Shown: positions 26,477 through 32,000 of the stretch, piece after piece
How positions within the stretch are numbered: the stretch's first letter is position 1
How the letters are laid out: each line of letters opens with the position of its first letter
NCBI RefSeq assembly: GCF_000940845.1
Contig: NZ_CP010341.1
Location: 2,010,001-2,042,000, forward strand
Origin: Propionibacterium freudenreichii subsp. freudenreichii
GTDB taxonomy: Bacteria > Actinomycetota > Actinomycetes > Propionibacteriales > Propionibacteriaceae
Direction: 5' to 3'
DNA: 32,000 bases
Made by a program: the position numbers and the translations under genes
Notes under the pieces: model-generated
Database searches by the model: none
Told to the model about the DNA's origin: nothing
The model's input: the letters and a program-made list of their open reading frames with translations, nothing else

Positions 26477-26548
26477 GGGGAGGGGTCTGCGAGACGCTTG
26501 TCCTGAGAAGCTTACGGACTGCGCCGCCTCGCAGACCCCTCCCCTTTT
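26477..26548 (+). terminator. Element B: same architecture as element A, with a perfect 17-bp stem of different sequence, a 34-nt near-identical apical segment, then TTTT
   Basis: ggggaggggtctgcgag (26477-26493) pairs with ctcgcagacccctcccc (26528-26544). The loop is acgcttgtcctgagaagcttacggactgcgccgc, and tttt follows at 26545-26548. An extra copy of the left arm lies at 26442-26462. Confidence 0.45.
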
Positions 26549-26611
26549 GCGGCAGAAACACTTCCCGCGGGCCACATACGCCGCCCCGCAGGCCCCTACC
26601 CTCTTGTCGAA

Positions 26612-27220
26612 TCAGCCGAGGAGGAGCCTGGCGGCGATGGCGAGCATCATCACGCCGATGGCGGCGTCGATCACGCGCCACACCGAGGGCTTCGACAGCG
26701 GGCGGGACAGGGCGCGGGCACCGAGGCCGAGGGCGGCGAACCACAGCGCCGAGCCGAGCATGGCCCCGCCGGCGAAGGCCCAGCGGGTGAGCCCGGGATG
26801 TTGGTTGGCCAAGCCGCCGAGCATCACCATCGTGTCCAGGTAGACGTGCGGGTTGAGCCAGGTGAGTGCCAGCGTGGTGCCCACGATCGGACGCAGGGCC
26901 CCGGCGTCCGGGCCCTGACCGGTGAGCGCGTCGTCGGACTGGGGACGCAGGGCGGAGCGGAAGCTGCGCCAGGCGAACCAGCACAGGTAGGCGGCACCGG
27001 CCCAGGTGAATGCGGTGATCACCCAGGGCGCCGACGTCACCAGGGTACCCATGCCGAGCGTGCCGACGCTGATCAACGCCATGTCGCTGGCAATGCACAG
27101 CGCCACGATCACCCCGATGTGCTGGCGGCGGATGCCCTGGCGCAACACCCACGCGTTCTGGGCGCCGATGGCGGCGATCAGCCCGAGCGATGTCGCCAGG
27201 CCCGTGGCAAGGGTGAGCAC
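26612..27220 (-). CDS. LysE/ArgO-family basic amino-acid exporter
   Basis: IGAQNAWVLRQGIRRQH...LTWLNPHVYLDTMVMLGGL... closely parallels E. coli ArgO (GPQNAFVMNQGIRRQ, VTWLNPHVYLDTFVVLGSL) as I recall it. 202 aa, GTG start. Confidence 0.85.
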   Translation of the reverse strand: MLTLATGLATSLGLIAAIGAQNAWVLRQGIRRQHIGVIVALCIASDMALISVGTLGMGTLVTSAPWVITAFTWAGAAYLCWFAWRSFRSALRPQSDDALTGQGPDAGALRPIVGTTLALTWLNPHVYLDTMVMLGGLANQHPGLTRWAFAGGAMLGSALWFAALGLGARALSRPLSKPSVWRVIDAAIGVMMLAIAARLLLG

Positions 27221-27356
27221 ACGGTGAATCTAGGGCCCCGCGGCGGTGCGGGGCGGGCGGGTCCCGTCTGGTGGTCGTCGCCGGGGCCGTCCTCCCGCCA
27301 GCACCTCTCCGGGAGCGCAACCGCGGACCACGGGCGCACGCCGTCCCCGAACGCGC

Positions 27357-27394
27357 CACAGCGGCTCCCCCGGTCGGTCGGGGAAGCCGCTGTG
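27357..27394 (-). terminator. Hairpin about 70 nt downstream of iolE (weak terminator candidate)
   Basis: cacagcggctcccc (27357-27370) pairs with ggggaagccgctgtg (27380-27394) with one mismatch/bulge. No U-tract. Confidence 0.3.
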
Positions 27395-27466
27395 ACAGCT
27401 CGGTACGGGGGTCGTCGCCCGGCGCCCGGGCTGTGGGGCCCCAGCGAGCGGGGTCGGGCAACCGGG

Positions 27467-28390
27467 TCAGGCGAACAGTTCCTTCTCGATGTAGTCGCGG
27501 GCCATCCTGCCGTACATCAGCGGCTTGGCGATCTCGGGGTCCTGCTCGGCCTCCACCAGGATCCAGCCCTGGTAGCCGTGGTCGATCAGGTAGCGGTAGA
27601 CCGTCGGGAAGTCGATGATGCCGTCACCGGGCACGGTGAACATGCCGGCCAGGAAGGAGTCGAGGAAGGAGCGCTCGGCGGCCTTGGACTCGGCCAGCTT
27701 GCGCGGACGCACGTCCTTGAAGTGCACGTGCTTGATGCGGTCGATGTTCTGCTCGAGGATCGCCATCACCGAGCCGTCGCCGACGTAGGCGTGGCCGGTG
27801 TCGAACAGCAACGAGACCTTGCTCGGATCGGTCATGTCCATGAGTCGCTTGGTCTCGTCGGCTGTCATCACCACGGTGCCCAGGTGGTGGTGGTAGACGA
27901 GCTCCATGTTGTGCCTGTGGGCGATGTCGCCGAGCACTTCCAGGCCCCTGGCGAGCTGGGTCCACTCGGCCTCGCTCATCACCGGCTTGTTGGAGAAGAT
28001 CGATACATCGCGGATGCCCTGCACCGAACCGGTCTGCTCGGAGACCACCACGCGCGGGGCGTTGACATATTCGAGGTTGGCGCAGGTCTGCTCGAAGTCC
28101 TTCGCCACGGCATCCACGCCGTCGCGCACGATGAACGACGAGAACCACTGGGCGGCGATCTTCTCGTCGCGGGCGTCGATCTCCTTCTTCAGCACCTCGG
28201 GGCTGGGGAAGAAGCCGGCGCACTCGGTGCCGGCGAAGCCGAGCGTCACGAGGTCGTCGAGCAGGATCTCGAGCGTGTTCCACTCCCCCACCTCGGGGAT
28301 GTCATCGTTGCGCCAGCTGATCGGGTGCATGCCCCAGGTGAGGCCGTTGGGGTCCTTGATCGCGGTGTCTGGGGACAGCTTCTTTGCCAT
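27467..28390 (-). CDS. iolE: Inosose dehydratase (myo-inosose-2 dehydratase), xylose-isomerase-like TIM barrel
   Basis: The 307-aa product starts at ATG 28390 after GGAGGA. PISWRNDDIPEVG, VVVSEQTGSVQG, LVYHHHLGTVV, LLFDTGH, HVHFKDVR, FTVPGDG and WILVEAEQDP align motif-for-motif with B. subtilis IolE as I recall it. The ORF-track extension to 28510 is rejected. Confidence 0.9.
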   Translation of the reverse strand: MAKKLSPDTAIKDPNGLTWGMHPISWRNDDIPEVGEWNTLEILLDDLVTLGFAGTECAGFFPSPEVLKKEIDARDEKIAAQWFSSFIVRDGVDAVAKDFEQTCANLEYVNAPRVVVSEQTGSVQGIRDVSIFSNKPVMSEAEWTQLARGLEVLGDIAHRHNMELVYHHHLGTVVMTADETKRLMDMTDPSKVSLLFDTGHAYVGDGSVMAILEQNIDRIKHVHFKDVRPRKLAESKAAERSFLDSFLAGMFTVPGDGIIDFPTVYRYLIDHGYQGWILVEAEQDPEIAKPLMYGRMARDYIEKELFA

Positions 28391-28517
28391 CGGTTCCTCC
28401 TGAGTGGGCGGATCACGCGATGGTGGATCCGCGGCTTGTTTCGGTCGTGGGACGTTCGTTGTCTCGCTGGCGGCGGCGAGGGGCCCGCCGTCAGGACTCG
28501 TACCGATCATAACCTAA

Positions 28518-28531
28518 TTTGTCCTGACAAA
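28518..28531. promoter_or_regulatory. Near-palindromic operator candidate TTTGTC-CT-GACAAA upstream of iolE
   Basis: It lies about 134 nt upstream of the iolE ATG in a locally AT-rich patch, next to a TATGAT -10 candidate (complement 28506-28511). Its reverse complement matches 13 of 14 nt with the site at 31541-31554. The GT...AC core fits the general GntR-family operator type. Confidence 0.45.
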
Positions 28532-28564
28532 GCTATGTCAGGTTGAAAGGACCCCTCCTGGGTT

Positions 28565-28912
28565 TCAGGGCATCAGGATGGGCACCGAGCCCACGGTGAC
28601 GGCCGCCACCACGGCCAGCACCAGCCAGGGCAGGGAGGCGTGCCGGGCCGGCGAGTACGCCGTGCGGTGACGGGTGAAGAAGCAGACCGCCATGCCCACC
28701 AGCGAGCTGATCACGCCCACCAGGGCGACCTCGGTGAGGCCGCTGCGACAGCCCGCCACGCCGGAGCAGTAGTGCTCCAGGGCCGGGCTCCAGCTGATGA
28801 GGCTGAACAGGGCGAACAGCCAGAAGGCGCCCCAGACCACGATGAACGACTGCCCGAACAGCCTGGTGAAGAAGGCCAGTGAGGGCCGTTGTGGCCGGTC
28901 GGGTTCGTTCAT
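28565..28912 (-). CDS. Hypothetical small integral membrane protein (115 aa, about 3 TM helices)
   Basis: ATG 28912 is preceded by GGAGGA. Third-position GC is strongly biased, as in the neighbouring genes. Hydrophobic segments: FIVVWGAFWLFALFSLI, VALVGVISSLVGMAVCFF, LPWLVLAVVAAVTVGSV. I recognise no family. Confidence 0.55.
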   Translation of the reverse strand: MNEPDRPQRPSLAFFTRLFGQSFIVVWGAFWLFALFSLISWSPALEHYCSGVAGCRSGLTEVALVGVISSLVGMAVCFFTRHRTAYSPARHASLPWLVLAVVAAVTVGSVPILMP

Positions 28913-29011
28913 GGATCCTCCAGAGATGCCGGGACGCCGTTGGGACGCCATTGGCGCCGGAACAGCAGGGTTCCGACGCCAATGGCCGTATTGGTCGCTG
29001 ATGACCAGTGT

Positions 29012-29067
29012 TGCCGGCCTGGCCCGATCAGGCCAATGGTGCCGGCATGGCCCGGTCAGGCCAGGGT
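29012..29067. repeat. 2 x 28-bp tandem duplication spanning the iolG stop codon
   Basis: tgccggcctggcccgatcaggccaatgg (29012-29039) / tgccggcatggcccggtcaggccagggt (29040-29067), 24/28 identical. The second unit contains the iolG stop (29056-29058). Confidence 0.7.
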
Positions 29068-30045
29068 GACCGGCTTGCCGCTGCGCGCCGAGTCGGTGGC
29101 AGCCTCGGCCAGGCGCAGCGCCTTGATGGCATCGTCGATGCCCGTCGGCGGCTTCGTGCCGTTCTCGACGGCCTCGATGAAGGCCGACAGCTCGAGGCGG
29201 TAGGCGTCGGCGTAGCGCTCCAGGAAGAAGTCCAGGTAGGGATCCTGGGCGTCGGTCTGGGTGGCCGACGAGAAGCGCACCGTGGTGGGACGGATGTTGT
29301 CGGCAAACAGGGCACCCTCGTCGCCGGCAGCCTCCAGTCGCTGGTCGTAGCCCGAGGCGCAGTGCCGGTTGTTGATGATGGTGGCCACCGCACCGGAGGC
29401 AGCCTTCAGGGTGACCACGGCGGCGTCGAAGTCGCCGGCCGCGCCGATGGCGGGATCCAGCACCTGGCCGGCCGCGAAGACCTCGGTGATGTCGCCCAGG
29501 AAGAAGCGCGCCATGTCGAAGTCATGGATGGTCATATCGCGGAAGATGCCGCCGGAGACCTTGATGTACTCGATCGGCGGGGCCGCCGGATCGCGACTGA
29601 TGATGGTCAGCTGCTCCAGGCGCCCGACCTTGCCGTCACCGACGGCCTTGTGGATCGCGGCGAACGAGGGGTCGAAGCGACGGTTGAAGCCGAACATCAC
29701 CGGCGTGGTGATGGCGTCCAGCTCGGACTCGACGGCGGTGACGTCAGCCATGTCGAGGGCGATCGGCTTCTCGCAGAGCACGGCCTTGCCGGCCTTCGCG
29801 GCGGCGAGCAGGTGCGGAATGTGCAGCGGGGTGGGTGAACCGATGATCACCGCGTCGATGTTCGGGTCGGTGAAGATGTCGTCGGTCTGCTTGGCGGCAC
29901 GGGCGCCGTAGAGCGCGGCCAGCTTCTCGGCGGCATCGCCGACCGGGTCACAGACGAGTTCCAATGTGGCGTCCGGATGGGAGGCAATGGTCTTGGCGTG
30001 GACGTGGCCGATTCGGCCAGCGCCGATGACGGCGATTCTCAGCAT
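29056..30045 (-). CDS. iolG: myo-Inositol 2-dehydrogenase (Gfo/Idh/MocA family)
   Basis: The 329-aa product starts at ATG 30045: MLRIAVIGAGRIGHVHAKTI...AVLCEKPIALD...GFNRRFDPSF...SRDPAAPPIEYIKVSGGIFRDMTIHDFDMARFFLG. It is very similar to rhizobial IdhA/IolG as I recall it. The ORF-track extension to 30228 is rejected. Confidence 0.9.
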   Translation of the reverse strand: MLRIAVIGAGRIGHVHAKTIASHPDATLELVCDPVGDAAEKLAALYGARAAKQTDDIFTDPNIDAVIIGSPTPLHIPHLLAAAKAGKAVLCEKPIALDMADVTAVESELDAITTPVMFGFNRRFDPSFAAIHKAVGDGKVGRLEQLTIISRDPAAPPIEYIKVSGGIFRDMTIHDFDMARFFLGDITEVFAAGQVLDPAIGAAGDFDAAVVTLKAASGAVATIINNRHCASGYDQRLEAAGDEGALFADNIRPTTVRFSSATQTDAQDPYLDFFLERYADAYRLELSAFIEAVENGTKPPTGIDDAIKALRLAEAATDSARSGKPVTLA

Positions 30046-30263
30046 CGTTGCTGCCTTTCCCGCACAAGCGGAATGAAGTGGATGAAATCGAACGGGTAGA
30101 CCTCTGTGGAGGGGAGACCTTGGCGGACGACGGGACGGCGTGCCCCGTCGTGCGGGCAGCCATCCGGGTGGATGACTGCCGGTGCGGTCCGCAGGATGGC
30201 CGGGGCCGATGGGCGGAGCCGGCACCACGGCTCCGCCCCTGCGGTTCCTGCTGTGAAGTTGTG

Positions 30264-30314
30264 GGTCAAGCTGTGTTCTCGATCAAGCGGTGTTCTTGGT
30301 CAAGCTGTGCTGTT
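30264..30314. repeat. 3 x 17-bp imperfect tandem repeat between the transaldolase stop and the iolG start
   Basis: ggtcaagctgtgttctc (30264-30280) / gatcaagcggtgttctt (30281-30297) / ggtcaagctgtgctgtt (30298-30314). On the gene strand each unit contains GCTTGA(C/T)C. Confidence 0.7.
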
Positions 30315-30358
30315 GTGCGTCATGGAGTTGTGTGCCGGGTGCCCCGACAGGCGCCGGA

Positions 30359-31435
30359 TCACGGCTGGGGCATGATCACATTGCGCACGAGCTCGTCGAG
30401 GTCGGCGTCGGCCTGCAGGAAGCCACGCAGCGTGCGGCGGGTGGCGCCGAAGGCGTCGAACTCGGCCGGCGTGAGGCCGTCGGGCTCGTAGGCGCGCACG
30501 AACTCGGGGATCGACTGCAGCGTCTTCATGATCTCGGGGGCCACCGGCTCGTCGATGCGGTTGACCGGCTTGTAGTCCGACTTGTTGATGATCTCCTGCC
30601 AGGCGAACGGCGGTGAGACGACCAGGTCGCCACCCACCAGCTCCGACCAGTGCATGACATTGCGGAAGGCGGCCGACAGCACCCGGGCGCGCAGTCCGCG
30701 GGCCTGGAACTCGTGGTAGGCCCGCTTCAGGGCTGCAACGCCGCCCCATTCGAGGTGGCCGGGATCGAGGAACAGGCCGTCGCGCTTGGCGACGATCTTG
30801 ATCCAGTCGTCCAGGCGTCCACCCATGAGGGTGACCACGGGGCCCATCGTGGAGGTGTCCTTGCCCTCGGCCTCGCGGCGCTTCAGGCCGCGCTCGATGG
30901 CCTCGCCGGCGGTGATTGCCTGCGGCACGGTGAACGAGACGGTGACATTGACCGAGACGCCGCGATAGGTGGCGTCCTCGATCGCTGCGATGCCGACCTC
31001 GGTGGCCGGGATCTTCACGATGATGTTCTTGGTGAGCTTGCTGAATTCCTCGGCCTGGTCGGCCAGAGCCTTGGCGCTGCGGGCGAGGCGGGGATCGGTC
31101 TGGATCGACAGTCGGCCGTCGCGTCCGTTCTCACGCTCGAAGATGGGCTCGAGCAGTGCGGCAGCCTCCAGCGAGAGCTCCTTGACGGCCTGCCAGCCGA
31201 TCTCGGACTCGGAGGCCTGCGGCATCTCCTCGGCGATCTCGGCGATGCGCGGCAGCCACTTGTCCTTGCGCTTGGTGATGCAGGTGTAGGCGATCGACGG
31301 GTTGCAGGTGGCGCCCACGCCGCCGAAGGAGATCGACTGGCGCAGCTCATCGGGATCGGCCGAGTCGTTCCACAGCGCGGTGGGGGTATTGCGGGCAGCC
31401 TCGAGCAGGGGCCCGGGCGTGTATTCGATGCTCAT
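30359..31435 (-). CDS. Transaldolase-family protein (class I aldolase fold)
   Basis: The 358-aa product starts at ATG 31435 after AGGAAGGA. It has the TCNPSI motif (GVGATCNPSIAY), SIQTDPRLA, and the Schiff-base lysine context IIVKIPATEVG and VNVTVSFTV. The ORF-track extension to 31468 is rejected. Confidence 0.85.
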   Translation of the reverse strand: MSIEYTPGPLLEAARNTPTALWNDSADPDELRQSISFGGVGATCNPSIAYTCITKRKDKWLPRIAEIAEEMPQASESEIGWQAVKELSLEAAALLEPIFERENGRDGRLSIQTDPRLARSAKALADQAEEFSKLTKNIIVKIPATEVGIAAIEDATYRGVSVNVTVSFTVPQAITAGEAIERGLKRREAEGKDTSTMGPVVTLMGGRLDDWIKIVAKRDGLFLDPGHLEWGGVAALKRAYHEFQARGLRARVLSAAFRNVMHWSELVGGDLVVSPPFAWQEIINKSDYKPVNRIDEPVAPEIMKTLQSIPEFVRAYEPDGLTPAEFDAFGATRRTLRGFLQADADLDELVRNVIMPQP

Positions 31436-31540
31436 GGTTTCCTTCCTCAGTGTGGTCGCCGGTGCCATCCGCGTCGTCTTCGACGGTGGGGCGAACCAAC
31501 GAGGTCCATTGAACCTTCGACCCGCATGTCATGTCAACTA

Positions 31541-31554
31541 TTTGTCAGGACAAC
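31541..31554. promoter_or_regulatory. Near-palindromic operator candidate TTTGTC-AG-GACAAC upstream of the transaldolase gene
   Basis: It shares the 13-mer tttgtcaggacaa with the reverse complement of 28518-28531. On the gene strand it sits 4 nt upstream of a perfect TTGACA (complement 31532-31537), which is 18 nt from TTCAAT (complement 31508-31513). It is about 112 nt upstream of the ATG and directly downstream of the GntR gene. Confidence 0.45.
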
Positions 31555-31628
31555 ATGAGGAAGCTCACCTGATGCAAGGAACCAGCCACGCAGACGGGCC
31601 CTCCCCGGGCCCTGCGCACCGGATGCGG

Positions 31629-32000
31629 TCAGCGGGTGAACAGCGTCGAATCGAAGCTGTAGCGCGAGGCGCGGTAGGCATGGCGACCCACCTCCACCAC
31701 CTCGCCCTTGTCGTCGTAGGTGGTGCGCGTCATGGTCAGCAGCGCTGCGCCACGGGGTTCCAGCAGCACCTCGGCGTCGGCCTTGGTGGCATTGCGCGCA
31801 CCGATGGACTGATGGGCCGTCGACAGGTGGATCTCGCGCTTGCGTAGCAGGTCGTAGAGGCCGCCGGTCTCCAGTTCCTCACTGGTGGGGGCGATGCGGG
31901 CCGGCACCAGGTTCGTCAGCAGCGCGATCGGCTCACCGTCGGCATTGCGCAGCCGCCGGATCGACACGATCTCGGTGCCGGTCGGCACCGACAGCCATTC
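31629..32000 (-). CDS. GntR/HutC-family transcriptional regulator, 3' part only (UTRA effector domain); the N-terminal wHTH lies beyond the window end
   Basis: The frame is open to position 32000 (…EWLSVPTGTEIVSIRRLRNADGEPIALLTNLVP...). RTTYDDKGEVVEVGRHAYRASRYSF is typical of a UTRA-domain C-terminus. The GTG 'start' at 31988 in the ORF track is internal. Confidence 0.8.
   Translation of the reverse strand, partial: EWLSVPTGTEIVSIRRLRNADGEPIALLTNLVPARIAPTSEELETGGLYDLLRKREIHLSTAHQSIGARNATKADAEVLLEPRGAALLTMTRTTYDDKGEVVEVGRHAYRASRYSFDSTLFTR

Noticed and set aside
26330-26548. Possible CRISPR array or MITE with 17-bp terminal inverted repeats
   Set aside because: There are only two units with no regular repeat-spacer-repeat pattern and no cas genes, so this is not a CRISPR array. 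At about 68 nt, without target-site duplications that I can see, a MITE cannot be supported from this window alone. It is kept as a structural finding instead.
25091-28546. Long ORFs 25091..26575(-), 26121..27461(-) and 26798..28546(+), which cross intergenic regions
   Set aside because: They run antisense through ilvD, the lysE-like gene and iolE, and through the repeat-containing spacers. The duplicated peptide SRRPLPG in one of them merely reflects the DNA repeat at 26442-26495. Composition is Arg/Pro/Gly-rich, typical of non-coding frames in high-GC DNA.

Overview
High-GC actinobacterial core-chromosome segment. The three transcarboxylase subunit proteins in it (12S, 5S and the 1.3S biotinyl subunit ending ...[38 protein letters not shown]) match, from memory, methylmalonyl-CoA carboxyltransferase of Propionibacterium freudenreichii (shermanii), so the window is very likely that species or a close relative. 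Gene order, left to right: regX3 (partial) and senX3 on the minus strand, divergent phoU, then gpmA; a TetR regulator plus an SDR oxidoreductase; the transcarboxylase operon on the minus strand (5S, 12S, an 82-aa ORF, 1.3S); a large minus-strand tetrapyrrole/heme region (hemL; a divergent TetR/MFS pair = hemR/hemX; hemB; then the tightly coupled hemA-hemC-hemD::hemE fusion-radical SAM/SPASM-hemY-hemH); asnB and ilvD on the plus strand; a LysE/ArgO exporter; and a myo-inositol cluster (iolE, small membrane protein, iolG, transaldolase-family gene, partial GntR/HutC regulator). I found no tRNA/rRNA genes, CRISPR arrays, transposases, integrases or defence-island content. Most worth follow-up: (1) an AhbD/NirJ-like radical SAM/SPASM gene inside the coproporphyrin-type heme operon, where actinobacteria usually carry hemQ/chdC; (2) a HemD-HemE fusion protein; (3) an AccE/PccE-like 82-aa ORF between the 12S and 1.3S genes, a possible fourth transcarboxylase component; (4) two tandem 17-bp-stem hairpins after ilvD that share a 42-nt core but have different, mutually compensated outer arms; (5) an identical 13-nt near-palindrome upstream of both iolE and the transaldolase gene; (6) several short in-frame or intergenic tandem repeats and a PHO-box-like triple direct repeat. 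All functional calls rest on my reading of the translated ORFs and recalled family motifs; no database search was run.
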